From positions 39,828-103,827 of IMG/VR virus record IMGVR_UViG_3300015262_000002: a stretch of 64,000 bases of DNA; one strand, 5' to 3'. The stretch's first letter is position 1; every line of letters starts with the position of its first letter. Of the stretch, positions 8,807 to 19,021 are shown in pieces. The notes beneath the pieces are model-generated. The model had not been told where the DNA came from and did no database searches. It saw nothing but the letters and a program-made list of their open reading frames with translations. The stretch comes from a virus (Duplodnaviria; Heunggongvirae; Uroviricota; Caudoviricetes). Position numbers and translations under genes: made by a program.

Positions 8807-9901
8807 ATGTCTCTGATTATCGATAAGAATATTGATCGCCTGTCGCAAGGTAAGTTTGTTGAACTGACCGACATTCTGGTTGAACTGCCTCGTAATATCT
8901 CAATCATCGACCACCTTGGTCTGTTTGAAGAAGTCTTCGTAACTCAGAAGAAAATTGAGATTCAACGTACCCAGTACAGCAACCATCTGATCAAAGATAA
9001 GAACTGGGAAGCTAAAGCTGACACCATGGTCAGCAAGCCAAAGCGTGGCTTCATTCAAGCTCGTATCCCTAACTTCGAACTGCAAGATGCAATCAAACCA
9101 CAAGACATTGATGGTGTCGCACAAGTTAGTTCGATCCAAGAAGCAGCTCAGTTGGCAACAGTGATGGATGTTCGTCTTGAGAAGCTGGCTTATCTGAACA
9201 ACGCTTTCGACCTGACCAAAGATGTTGCTCGTATGCAGCTGTTGATGGAAGGTACTGTGTACGCTCCAGAAGGTACGCTGGCAACTTCTTACGGTGACAC
9301 CATCGACTTCTATGAAGAAATGGGCGTTACACGTCAGACTGTTAACTTGAACCTGACCGGTTCTAACGATCCACGTATTGCTTGCTCGCAACTGATTCGT
9401 AAAGTTCGTGAATCCCTGCGTCACGCAAACGGTGGTAACTACACCCAGCTGGTACTGTTGTGTGGTACTGACTTCTTCGACGCTGTTTACACCAACCCGT
9501 TTGTTACCGAAGCAATCAAATACTTCGCACAAGATTTGAACAAAATCCTGTTGAAGCCAGTTGATCAAGCTGCTGGTCTGGATGCCAACTTCCGTACCCT
9601 GTCCCTGTGGGGTCTGGTGTTTATCGATGCTGGTACTGGTGGTTATGAAGATGCTGACGGTGTGTTCCAACCATGGATCGCTCCAACTAAGGCTGTTGCA
9701 ATCCCAACTGGTGTTCGTGGTATGTTCAAGACTTACTACGCTCCAGCTAACACCTTCTCGGCAATCAACAAGAAAGCAGCTGGTCGTTACTACTTCGAAC
9801 GTCTGAACGAAGAAGATGACCTGATTCAAATGAAGGTTGGTTCTAACTTCATGAACTCGACTATCTATCCGGGTGCGATCTTCGACGTAACCTTTAGCTA
9901 A
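8807..9901 (+). CDS. major capsid protein
   Basis: A 364-aa ORF in the lambda E position, with codon usage typical of a highly expressed gene and a hairpin downstream. Confidence 0.75.
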   Translation: MSLIIDKNIDRLSQGKFVELTDILVELPRNISIIDHLGLFEEVFVTQKKIEIQRTQYSNHLIKDKNWEAKADTMVSKPKRGFIQARIPNFELQDAIKPQDIDGVAQVSSIQEAAQLATVMDVRLEKLAYLNNAFDLTKDVARMQLLMEGTVYAPEGTLATSYGDTIDFYEEMGVTRQTVNLNLTGSNDPRIACSQLIRKVRESLRHANGGNYTQLVLLCGTDFFDAVYTNPFVTEAIKYFAQDLNKILLKPVDQAAGLDANFRTLSLWGLVFIDAGTGGYEDADGVFQPWIAPTKAVAIPTGVRGMFKTYYAPANTFSAINKKAAGRYYFERLNEEDDLIQMKVGSNFMNSTIYPGAIFDVTFS

Positions 9902-9957
9902 GTGCATACTCAGAGGGCTGGCGTCAAGCTGGCCCTTTGTTGTTTAAGGAGGATGAA

Positions 9958-10368
9958 ATGACAGATGCTGAAAAGATTTCACTCCTTGCCCTAATGATTG
10001 GTGACATTTCAGGTGGTCCATACTACCCAATGTTTACACCCACACAATATGCTCAGTTCCTAAGTGCCTCAAAAGGAAATGTTAGTAGAGCTGCTGTCAT
10101 GGCTGCAATTTCAGCTGGTTATGTTGTATCCAGTGAAAGTTCTCGCGAAGTGATTGGTGAACTTCAGATTTCTAGTTCTACAGGTTCTAACTACCTGAAG
10201 CTTCTTGATTATCTGATTGCTACTGCTGGTAAAGTTCCTCCTGACAACCTGATGCCTTGGTTCGCAGGTGCTGACACTTGCGATAGGAACAAGCTACTGG
10301 ATTATAAACGGTGTGACTCGCCAAGATGGCAACACATTGTTGGTGACCCATGTGGGAGTGGATGCTAA
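9958..10368 (+). CDS. head-tail joining / packaging-associated protein
   Basis: The ATG has an AAGGAGG SD. The gene's position supports the call. Confidence 0.4.
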   Translation: MTDAEKISLLALMIGDISGGPYYPMFTPTQYAQFLSASKGNVSRAAVMAAISAGYVVSSESSREVIGELQISSSTGSNYLKLLDYLIATAGKVPPDNLMPWFAGADTCDRNKLLDYKRCDSPRWQHIVGDPCGSGC

Positions 10369-10760
10369 TGGCTGGATTTCATGAACGAATGAGAGCAATG
10401 GTTATTCGCCAACTTGCTCCGCAACCAAAGGGTAAAGGTGTACTTTTAACTCTACACCAAAGGATGGGTGGAGTGTATAACCCAACAACAGGCGGTGTTA
10501 CTCCTGAAGTTGTTAATGATTACGATGGGTCAGGACTTCGAGTTAATTACTCGGAATACGCCTACAAGAATACAACCATTGAGTATGGTGATTTTCAACT
10601 ATACCTTTCACCTGTTGAAACTACTGGTGGACAAATGCCCACACCATCAATTGGTGACAAGATTACATTCCTTGACAAAACCGTCGTGGTAATCAATCTG
10701 TCTCCATTCAATGATAACAGTGTTGGCTGTGGTTGGAAGTTGCAGGTGCGTTATGGATAA
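10368..10760 (+). CDS. head completion / head-tail connector protein
   Basis: TAATG overlap with the upstream gene. The gene's position supports the call. Confidence 0.4.
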   Translation: MAGFHERMRAMVIRQLAPQPKGKGVLLTLHQRMGGVYNPTTGGVTPEVVNDYDGSGLRVNYSEYAYKNTTIEYGDFQLYLSPVETTGGQMPTPSIGDKITFLDKTVVVINLSPFNDNSVGCGWKLQVRYG

Positions 10761-11151
10761 CTTCATGGACATTATCAGTACTTGGGTTGAAGAAACAGAA
10801 CAGAACATTGATGACATACTTCAAACCATTGTAATGAAAATTGGTAAGACGGTTGTTACTCTGTCACCTGTAGACACTGGTCGATTCAAAGGTAACTGGC
10901 AATTGTCAATCGACACTGGTTCGTCAGCTAGTCTTTTACGTGAAGACCCAGATGGATATGCAACATTGTCTGACATGTCACGGACAGTGAATTCGTTTAC
11001 TGCTGGTCAAATCGCTTACATTCAGAACCATGTTTTATATGGATATGATCTTGAATATGGATCTTCTAAACAAGCTCCTGATGGTGTTGTGCGTATCACA
11101 GCTGCTCGATTCGCTGGAATTGTCAACGAAGCAGTATTGCTTCACAAGTAA
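10753..11151 (+). CDS. tail completion protein
   Basis: ATGGATAA overlap with the upstream gene. The gene's position supports the call. Confidence 0.4.
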   Translation: MDNFMDIISTWVEETEQNIDDILQTIVMKIGKTVVTLSPVDTGRFKGNWQLSIDTGSSASLLREDPDGYATLSDMSRTVNSFTAGQIAYIQNHVLYGYDLEYGSSKQAPDGVVRITAARFAGIVNEAVLLHK

Positions 11152-11166
11152 CAAAAGGAGACAAGC

Positions 11167-11577
11167 ATGAGTCATGCAAGGGTTCGCACTCTTTTCTCTG
11201 CTGCTCTTGCAAACTTTGCACAGCAGAAGAACATGAAAGTGTCATACGACAACGTTAAAGAAGGATTTGGTGTAGAGGATCATATTGAGTCTCACATCAT
11301 TCCAGCGGACACGTTCTCTGACACATTGTCTGGTGATCATAAAGCTTTCATCGGAATGTATCAAATGACAATCGTTACAGAATATGGGACTGGTCAACTA
11401 AAGACTGAGGGACTGGTTACAGAGCTTCAAACCATCTTCCTTGTTAACAAGATGTTCACTGATGCTTCTGGCTTCTCTGTTCAAGTAACCAGTCCCATTC
11501 ACACCCCTGAAGGGAAACAAGTTGATGGTCAATGGCGAGTTCCTTGCTACTTCGATTATCGAGCTGACACAAACTAA
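11167..11577 (+). CDS. tail terminator (U-like)
   Basis: Its position upstream of the major tail protein supports the call. Confidence 0.4.
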   Translation: MSHARVRTLFSAALANFAQQKNMKVSYDNVKEGFGVEDHIESHIIPADTFSDTLSGDHKAFIGMYQMTIVTEYGTGQLKTEGLVTELQTIFLVNKMFTDASGFSVQVTSPIHTPEGKQVDGQWRVPCYFDYRADTN

Positions 11578-11600
11578 TATTTCACAAGAGGATACATATT

Positions 11601-12251
11601 ATGGCTTTTCGTTTGCCTAACGGTTCTACTTTCGACTTCGCTGAAACATATAGCGATGATGTAACTATCACTGCGATCAGCAATGCCAACCCTGCTGTTG
11701 CTAGTGCCACTGCCCATGGTTTTGTAGCTGGTGATATTGTTGTTGTTAGCTCTGGCTGGGTAAAGCTTACTGGTCGTGCTTTTAAAGTCGGCACGGTAAC
11801 TACTGACACTTTCCAACTGCTTGGTGTTAATACTACTTCTACTCAAAGCTACCCTGCTGGTACTTCTGCTGGTACAGCTAAGAGTGTTGATGAATGGGTA
11901 AACATTCCACAAATCACTGAAGTAGCAAGTTCTGGTGGTGAGCAACAGTTCTACCAATTCGGCTTCCTTGAAGAAGATGAAGACCGCCAGATTCCAACTA
12001 CCAAGTCACCATCGACTCTGACCCTGACTGTTGCCGATGATCCGTCGCAACCATATGTTCCAGTAGTTGAAGCTGCTGACGAACTGAAGGAAGAACGTAT
12101 TCAGCGGCTGAACTTGGTTAACGGTGACGTAATCTTGTACAACTCGATTGCTTCTATTACCAACACACCTTCGTTGACTCGTAACCAGATCATGGTTCGG
12201 ACAATTACTCTGGCCCAACAAGGTCGTGTAACCCGTTACAAAGCTGCTTAA
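11601..12251 (+). CDS. major tail protein (V-like)
   Basis: A 216-aa protein lying before G/GT, with a strong terminator-like hairpin downstream. Confidence 0.7.
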   Translation: MAFRLPNGSTFDFAETYSDDVTITAISNANPAVASATAHGFVAGDIVVVSSGWVKLTGRAFKVGTVTTDTFQLLGVNTTSTQSYPAGTSAGTAKSVDEWVNIPQITEVASSGGEQQFYQFGFLEEDEDRQIPTTKSPSTLTLTVADDPSQPYVPVVEAADELKEERIQRLNLVNGDVILYNSIASITNTPSLTRNQIMVRTITLAQQGRVTRYKAA

Positions 12252-12265
12252 GTAGCGATGTTCCA

Positions 12266-12300
12266 TTGCCCTCTTCGTCACTGGAGGGGGCATTTTTATT
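12266..12300 (+). terminator. terminator or attenuator hairpin after the major tail gene
   Basis: GCCCTC...GAGGGGGC followed by ATTTTTATTT. Confidence 0.45.
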
Positions 12301-12316
12301 TCTGAGGAGAAAACAA

Positions 12317-12721
12317 ATGGCTGGTAAATCTTTTAAATTACAAATGAACCCAACTTTCAATGCTGCTGTAAAAATTCCACGTGTCGGCGGTGATCCACTT
12401 TCTGTGACTTTTACATTCAAAGCTATGGATCGTCGTGAACTAGCTAAAACCTTTGACAAATGGAAGAAAGAAAATCTTCAACTGATTGAAGAAGCAAAGT
12501 CTGCTGCTGCTGATGGTTCTGAATTCACACTTGAAGATTGGACAGATCGCGAGATTGCAATGCAGATTAACCAAGTTAAGGATATTACAACGGGTTGGGG
12601 TTTCAGTGATGAGTTCAATGATGAGAACATCGAAGCACTCGTTACAACTTCTGTTTCTGTAACTGATGCAATCCTTGAACAATACAATGAAGCTTACACA
12701 CGAGCACGTTCGGGAAACTAA
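12317..12721 (+). CDS. tail assembly chaperone G
   Basis: ATG has a GAGGAG SD. The gene ends just after the slippery heptamer. Confidence 0.7.
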   Translation: MAGKSFKLQMNPTFNAAVKIPRVGGDPLSVTFTFKAMDRRELAKTFDKWKKENLQLIEEAKSAAADGSEFTLEDWTDREIAMQINQVKDITTGWGFSDEFNDENIEALVTTSVSVTDAILEQYNEAYTRARSGN

Positions 12722-13053
12722 TATGCGCTGCCAATGCCTTGTATTCCAGTAGTGCTGACAAACACCAAGCAGGTTTGTTCGGATTAACACTTGATGAAAT
12801 CCCAGAAGATGACGTACTTGTCTGGGATATTAATTGGAATACATTTAACTTGTTTCATGCTCTCACTACACAGTGGCGGGTTTGTGGCATGGGTAGTGCA
12901 ACTGGACTTGATTATGCTGTGATTCCTTCAGTTGGAAAAATGCTTGGCTTCAAGAACAAACAACTAAATGAAATGTTCCCTGACCTACAAGTGATGGAGA
13001 ACGAAGCACTCATCACTATGGGAGAGAATCAGAAAGATGCCAACAATAGCTGA
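12317..13053 (+). CDS. tail assembly chaperone GT fusion made by a -1 programmed frameshift at G GGA AAC (12712-12718)
   Basis: The -1 frame is open from 12691 to 13053. A canonical X XXY YYZ heptamer lies 3 nt before the G stop. The arrangement is lambda-like. Confidence 0.55.
12712..12718 (+). other. slippery heptamer GGGAAAC (-1 PRF site)
   Basis: Read from the sequence in the G reading frame. Confidence 0.55.
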
Positions 13054-16000
13054 GTTACAGATTAACCTTGACAGTCGCCCGATTGAACAAGGTACACAGG
13101 CACTTAATGACTTTGCAACTGCTGCTGATCGTGCGTCTAAAGCAGGTAAAGTTAATCAACAAACAAATGATCAATCATCTGCTTCTGCTAGTAAATCCGC
13201 AAAAAGTGAATCTGATCTATCTTCTATGATTGATGCTCAAACTCGCAAGCTTGAGCAACTCGGTACACAACGTCGTAAACTTGAACAGTCAGGTATGAAA
13301 AGTACAATGCCTGCTGAGTATGAACGACTCAATCGCATTATTGATGCTAATATCGGATTGACTTCACGGCAAGGTAATGCAATTGATATACTGAATGCAA
13401 AACAAAACCGTGACGTTAGTAAGCGTGAAGCAGCTGCTCTTGCTGAACTTCGGGCACAGGAACGTATTGTTGATGCTGCTGTTCGTCAAGAGAATATTGT
13501 TACACGAGCATCAGCAAGACAAAACCAACAAATTGAATCTACAATCAATGGTTTGTCTCGTCAGATTAAAGCACAGAATGATTATAATGCAACGATTGAA
13601 AAGCTGAACATTGCACGAGCAACTGGTACGAACGGTAGTATGGGTAAGGATGGTGGAATCTCTGGTGGTGAGTATGAAAGTTATGTGAAACTCGCTGCCG
13701 CTAAGCGTGATGCTGCTCTAGCGACTGAAGACAACAGTCGAGCAATTACTACTGCACAGACCAAGCTTGATACATATACAGCCACCCTTGGTCGAGTGGA
13801 ACGTGCTGAAGTTGAGTATTCACGAGCTGTTGGTGTTCTTAACCAAGCTCAACAACTTGGCCTTGTTACTGTTGACCAATATGACCAGAAACTTTCATCG
13901 TTCGCCAGTAAACGCGATAAAGCTGTCAGTGCTGCAAATGATAACAGTGCTGCCGAGCAACGCTTCTCACGCGAACTGCGTAGTGTAATGACTGCGTATG
14001 ACCCAGTACTTCGTGCTCAAGATCAATACAACGCAAGTGTTCAAATTCTGTCGCAAGGTCTTCAGTCTGGTAGTGTCAGCGTTGACCAATTCAACAAAGC
14101 GTTGACAGAACAACGTAAGGCTTTGGATGGTGTAAAATCTTCACAATCTGGACTTGGTAACCTTGGAAGTGAATATGATACGGCACTGAATAGTCTTGTT
14201 CCTTATCGTGCTGAACTACGTAACCTTGAACAACAAGAGAAGATCCTGAAAGCACAGAAGGACGCTGGTAAGGTTACAAGTGATCAACAGGTTAAAGACT
14301 ACGACCAAGCAACAAATGCCATCCAGAGACACCGTAAGGAACTTGAGAAACGAATCAAGTCAGGTGGTGATGCAGCGATGTCATACAAACAAGAACAAGC
14401 CGCACTTCGTGGTATGCCTGCCCAGATTACAGACATTGTAGTTTCTCTGCAAGGTGGTCAAGCACCACTCACTGTACTGTTGCAACAAGGTGGTCAAATT
14501 AAGGATATGTTTGGTGGTATTGGTCCAGCATTCAAAGCCATGGGTACATCATTACTTGGGTTACTCAATCCAGTAACGGTTATTGGTTCTGGTCTTGCAT
14601 TGCTTGGTGCTGGTGCATATTCAGGTAGTCATGAATTGACAGATTTCAACAGGGCATTGATTCAGACAGCGGGTGCCTCTGGTGTAAGTTCTAGTCAGTT
14701 TGCAGTCATGCGTGACACTCTTGATGACACGACCACAACAGCATCTAAAGCAGCAGAGGCATTAACACAAATTGCAGCCAGTGGTAAGATTGCTGGTGGT
14801 CAGTTTGTTGCAATTGCTGAATCTGCAATCTTGATGGAAAAAGCAACCGGTCAAGCAATGTCCAAGACAATTGATGACTTTGCTTCACTTGGTAAAGACC
14901 CAGTTGATGCAGCAGTTAAACTTGATGAGAAGTACCGGTTCTTGACAGCCTCAGTGCTTGCACAAGCTGACGCACTTGTTAAGCAAGGTCATGAGACAGA
15001 AGCTGTTGCGCTTCTTCAACAAGGACTTAGTGAAGCGGCTACAGCAACCGCAACTCGGATGATCGAAGAAGCTGGTTTGATTGAAAAAGCATGGCAAGGT
15101 ATTAAAGTAGCTGTAGCTGAAACATGGGACCAGATGAAAAGTATCGGTCGTACAGATACTACAGCTGAACGGTTAACTGAGTTGATGAGACAACGTGAGA
15201 ACATTTCTTCTCCGCTTAACACTGCCAGTAAATTACCTAGTTGGCTTCAACCAGATAACACTGCGCAGAAACAAAAACTGGCTGATGTAGATAAAGAAAT
15301 TGCACAGATTAAACAACGTATTCAGTATGAACAATATTCTGCTGAACAAACAGCTAAAACTGAGACACAACGTCGTGAGTCTGTAAGTGCTCAATCCTCT
15401 GCCTTGAAACGTTATGAATCATCCATGAAGGGTGTTGAGAAAGCGGAAAATGATTTACTCAAGGTTCGTCGTGAGAATGATAAGATTAAAGCTGGTGGTA
15501 ATGTAAGTCCTGAACAAAATGCAATTATGCTTCATAACGAAGCGAATGCTGCAAAAGAGTTGCAGGACGCCAAAGACAAAGCCAATAAACCTAAACACTC
15601 TGCTTTGGATAATACAGCTGTTCAAGAAGTAAAAGGTAACCTAGAGATGGTTACTGCCGAGTATGACGGTTACTACAAGCGTGTTACAGCTCTTGGTGAT
15701 GCTCATCTCGTTTCAGATGAAGCTACATATTACTCACAGAAAGCAATCCTTGAGGCACAGTCTAAGGCTGTCTCAGCGTCATATGATGATCAGATTAATG
15801 CTATCAACAACCTTCGTAGTAATAAGAAGAATAGTACTGCACAAAATATCTCTCTGGATAATCAACTGACCAAAGCACAAGCTGACCAAGCTGTAGCTCT
15901 TGAGAAGATCGATGCAAAGAAAGACGCATTGTCTATTAAAGAGAAAGGCCGTATTGATGAGATGAAGCGAAATGTCTCAGCATATAAATCAGCACTTGAT

Positions 16001-17017
16001 GCTCAACTTGAAGGGCTTGTTAATGAAGGCGCTCGTGCTACAGATGGTGTAGGTCGCGGTAGTCGACAATCAGGTGTCGCCAAACAAATGGCTGATGTCG
16101 ACCGAAGCTTTGCCAAACAACAACGAGAGCTTTCTAAGTCTCTTGGTGAGGGTATGGACCCCTCTGAATATGCTGATAAGTTGAAAGCATTGGAAGAAAC
16201 ACATACTTCGATGACAAACCAAATCATCAAGAATGATAGTGATATCCAGAAAGCAAACAACGATTGGACTAATGGATTCACCGCTGCTGTTGAGAATGCA
16301 CAAGACGCAGGGATGAACTTTGCGAGTACTGTAGAGGGTGCATTGACCGGTGCTTTTAACTCTGCGGGTAGCGCTCTTGCCACATTCGTGACAACAGGTA
16401 AGTTGAACTTTAAGGACTTTGCACTTAGTGTAATGGCTGACATGGCGACTATGGCTGCAAAACAAGCAGCAATGGGTGCATTAGGTTCAATCTTCAGCAT
16501 TGCAGGCGCTGCAATTAGTGCATATGCAGGCGGTGGTTCAAATGGATTTGCAGCTGGTAGTGCTGGTGCAACTTCATCTGCTGCTGGTGCCTCATCTGCC
16601 GGTTATGGTAACAATTACTACCAAGCAAAAGGTGGTGCTTGGTCTGGTGGTACTCAGATGTTTGCCCAAGGTGGTGCTTTTACCAACTCAGTTGTTTCCA
16701 ATCCAACATCATTCGGAATGGCAAATGGTGCACGTGGTATTATGGGTGAAGCCGGTGATGAAGCAATTGTCCCACTTGCTCGTACACGTAATGGTGACCT
16801 TGGTGTAAGAATGATGGGTGGTGGAAGCAGTGGTGGTACTGTTGTTCAAGTCAATGTAAACGTTACTGGAAACGGCAGTTCATCAAGTAGTGATGGTGGT
16901 GCTGGATGGGATCAGTTCGGTAGTGAGTTGGGATCTTTTGTTGAGCAACGAGTTTACAAAATCATCAATACTGAAACCAGACAAGGTGGCTCACTGCAAT
17001 CTCAGAGCGGTAGATAA
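13037..17017 (+). CDS. tape measure protein
   Basis: A 1326-aa coiled-coil-rich protein with Gly/Ala-rich hydrophobic segments near the C-terminus, located after GT. Confidence 0.9.
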   Translation: MPTIAELQINLDSRPIEQGTQALNDFATAADRASKAGKVNQQTNDQSSASASKSAKSESDLSSMIDAQTRKLEQLGTQRRKLEQSGMKSTMPAEYERLNRIIDANIGLTSRQGNAIDILNAKQNRDVSKREAAALAELRAQERIVDAAVRQENIVTRASARQNQQIESTINGLSRQIKAQNDYNATIEKLNIARATGTNGSMGKDGGISGGEYESYVKLAAAKRDAALATEDNSRAITTAQTKLDTYTATLGRVERAEVEYSRAVGVLNQAQQLGLVTVDQYDQKLSSFASKRDKAVSAANDNSAAEQRFSRELRSVMTAYDPVLRAQDQYNASVQILSQGLQSGSVSVDQFNKALTEQRKALDGVKSSQSGLGNLGSEYDTALNSLVPYRAELRNLEQQEKILKAQKDAGKVTSDQQVKDYDQATNAIQRHRKELEKRIKSGGDAAMSYKQEQAALRGMPAQITDIVVSLQGGQAPLTVLLQQGGQIKDMFGGIGPAFKAMGTSLLGLLNPVTVIGSGLALLGAGAYSGSHELTDFNRALIQTAGASGVSSSQFAVMRDTLDDTTTTASKAAEALTQIAASGKIAGGQFVAIAESAILMEKATGQAMSKTIDDFASLGKDPVDAAVKLDEKYRFLTASVLAQADALVKQGHETEAVALLQQGLSEAATATATRMIEEAGLIEKAWQGIKVAVAETWDQMKSIGRTDTTAERLTELMRQRENISSPLNTASKLPSWLQPDNTAQKQKLADVDKEIAQIKQRIQYEQYSAEQTAKTETQRRESVSAQSSALKRYESSMKGVEKAENDLLKVRRENDKIKAGGNVSPEQNAIMLHNEANAAKELQDAKDKANKPKHSALDNTAVQEVKGNLEMVTAEYDGYYKRVTALGDAHLVSDEATYYSQKAILEAQSKAVSASYDDQINAINNLRSNKKNSTAQNISLDNQLTKAQADQAVALEKIDAKKDALSIKEKGRIDEMKRNVSAYKSALDAQLEGLVNEGARATDGVGRGSRQSGVAKQMADVDRSFAKQQRELSKSLGEGMDPSEYADKLKALEETHTSMTNQIIKNDSDIQKANNDWTNGFTAAVENAQDAGMNFASTVEGALTGAFNSAGSALATFVTTGKLNFKDFALSVMADMATMAAKQAAMGALGSIFSIAGAAISAYAGGGSNGFAAGSAGATSSAAGASSAGYGNNYYQAKGGAWSGGTQMFAQGGAFTNSVVSNPTSFGMANGARGIMGEAGDEAIVPLARTRNGDLGVRMMGGGSSGGTVVQVNVNVTGNGSSSSSDGGAGWDQFGSELGSFVEQRVYKIINTETRQGGSLQSQSGR

Positions 17018-17031
17018 TATATTGTCGCTAT

Positions 17032-17061
17032 TGACAAAAGTTCGAAAAACATAGTAAAATG
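17032..17061 (+). promoter_or_regulatory. sigma70-like promoter, TTGACA-N18-TAAAAT, inside the tail module
   Basis: Hexamers were read from the sequence, between the tape measure gene and the M-like gene. Confidence 0.4.
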
Positions 17062-17116
17062 TACAACATTACAGGGAGGCGAGAGCTTCCCTGTTCCTAT
17101 TTCTGGAGAAACAAAA

Positions 17117-17458
17117 ATGGCACAGACTTTTAAATGGAAAGTTGAGCGTGATCTAGATCCATCAATCAAATACCGTGTTGTTGAAACACAGTTCGGTGAC
17201 GGATATAAACAGACATCGGCAGATGGTATTAACATCAAAGATGAATCATACGCATTTAAGGTTCATGCTTATAAAGATAAAGCAAAAGAGATTATGGACT
17301 TCTTCGATGACCACCAAGGATGGAAGAGTTTCTTTTGGACACCACCGCTAGGTAAACTTAGTTTATTCACTTGTGTAGACCCTAAACCGGTTGACCAAGG
17401 TGGTGGTCTATATACAATTACAGGAACATTCGTAAAGAGTTTTTCATCAATAAATTGA
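17117..17458 (+). CDS. minor tail protein M-like
   Basis: Its size and position support the call. Confidence 0.7.
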   Translation: MAQTFKWKVERDLDPSIKYRVVETQFGDGYKQTSADGINIKDESYAFKVHAYKDKAKEIMDFFDDHQGWKSFFWTPPLGKLSLFTCVDPKPVDQGGGLYTITGTFVKSFSSIN

Positions 17459-17470
17459 TAAGGGGAAAAT

Positions 17471-18214
17471 ATGGCAACCACCAATATTCTGCAAACGATT
17501 CAGAAACTTGAACCGGGTGCCAAGGTTAAACTGATTGAAGTTGATTGCACCAGTTTTGGTGGTGATATCCTCCGTTTTCATAACTACAATGTTGATTACA
17601 CCGAAGAAGAACTAAAGGTTTTTCAAGAAAGTGGTGATGATATTCCACCTAAGAAGATTACTTGGCAGGGTGAAGATTATTCAACATGGGCTTACGAATT
17701 GAGTGGTATTGAGTGGGATGGTACAGGTAAAAGTCCTCAACCAACACTCGCTGTATCGAACCTCGATGGTAGCATCAGTAGTATTTGCCTACTACTTCAG
17801 AACTTGTTTGGGGCAAAGGTAACAGAGCATACAACATTCCGACAGTATTTGTCTGATGGTGATGACCCAGATGAGTCAATGGAGTTCACACAGAACTGGT
17901 ATATCACACGAAAGAGTGGTGAAAACCAATCATCAATTACATTTGAGTTGTCTTCGCCTGCGGACTTTACTGGTCAAATGCTTCCACGTCGTCAAATCTA
18001 TTCAATGTGTCATTGGGCAATGAATGGTAATTACCGTGGTCCAGATTGTGGGTACACAGGTACAAACTACTTCACTGAAAAAGGTGTTCCAACCGATAAC
18101 CCTGCTCTCGATAAATGTGGTGGGCTTTGCCTTGATTGCAAACTTCGGTTTGGTGAAGAAGAACCTCTACCATTTGGTGGTTTTATTGCAAGTAGTTTGA
18201 TTGCCAGAGGTTAA
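17471..18214 (+). CDS. minor tail protein L-like with a C-terminal Cys cluster (CGGLCLDC), a putative Fe-S site
   Basis: Its position supports the call, and the Cys motif resembles lambda gpL. Confidence 0.75.
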   Translation: MATTNILQTIQKLEPGAKVKLIEVDCTSFGGDILRFHNYNVDYTEEELKVFQESGDDIPPKKITWQGEDYSTWAYELSGIEWDGTGKSPQPTLAVSNLDGSISSICLLLQNLFGAKVTEHTTFRQYLSDGDDPDESMEFTQNWYITRKSGENQSSITFELSSPADFTGQMLPRRQIYSMCHWAMNGNYRGPDCGYTGTNYFTEKGVPTDNPALDKCGGLCLDCKLRFGEEEPLPFGGFIASSLIARG

Positions 18215-18217
18215 TAT

Positions 18218-19021
18218 ATGATTCCCAAGAAGCTGAAAGATAAAACAATTAAAGCCATTATGAAGCATGCTCAAGAAGGTTACCCTAATGAAGTTTGTGG
18301 TGTCGTTGTCATTAATGGAAAGACTGAACATTATGTACAATGCATTAATTTGTCGAAAGACCCAACTGAAGAATTCTATATGTGTCCTGACTCGTATATT
18401 GAAGCAGAAGAACTTGGTGAAGTAGTTGGTATTGTTCACAGTCATCCAGATGGAACAACTGTACCTAGCTCATATGATATTGCTGTCATGAGTCGTAACC
18501 GTGAAGTTCAATTGATCGTTGATCCTGAATCTAATGCGATTCCTTGGCATATCGTATCGTGGCCTGAAGGTGACTACAGACAGATCATGCCAACTGTTAC
18601 CGAAAGTCTTCTAAATAGACCATTCGTACACGGTGTTTGGGATTGCTGGTCAACATGTGAAGCTTATTATAAGAAATATCATGGTCTTGAGTTCCCAACA
18701 TATGTTCGTAAAGACCGTTGGTGGGAAGAGAAAGAAACAACATCGTTCTACGAAGAGTTCTACGAAGCAGCCGGGTTCTACCAAGTGGATACACCACAAC
18801 CAGCTGACTTGATTATTATGCAGATCGGAAGAACCTACCACCCAAACCATGCGGGTGTTTACCTCGGTGAAGTGTCTGAGTTTGAAGGAAGACACTTGGT
18901 TGGTAGTACTCTGATGTTGCACCATATGTACGGTAAACTTAGTGATGTGATTGTGTACGGTGGTCAATGGCATCAACGTACAAGTCTTATCCTTAGACAC
19001 AAAGAGGTGAACCATGTCTGA
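18218..19021 (+). CDS. tail protein K-like with a JAB/MPN (HSHPDG) domain and an NlpC/P60-like domain
   Basis: JAMM motif HSHP and the gene's position. Confidence 0.75.
   Translation: MIPKKLKDKTIKAIMKHAQEGYPNEVCGVVVINGKTEHYVQCINLSKDPTEEFYMCPDSYIEAEELGEVVGIVHSHPDGTTVPSSYDIAVMSRNREVQLIVDPESNAIPWHIVSWPEGDYRQIMPTVTESLLNRPFVHGVWDCWSTCEAYYKKYHGLEFPTYVRKDRWWEEKETTSFYEEFYEAAGFYQVDTPQPADLIIMQIGRTYHPNHAGVYLGEVSEFEGRHLVGSTLMLHHMYGKLSDVIVYGGQWHQRTSLILRHKEVNHV

Noticed and set aside
9937-9957. TTG start at 9937 proposed by the ORF track
   Set aside because: It lies inside the terminator hairpin. An ATG with an AAGGAGG SD is present at 9958.
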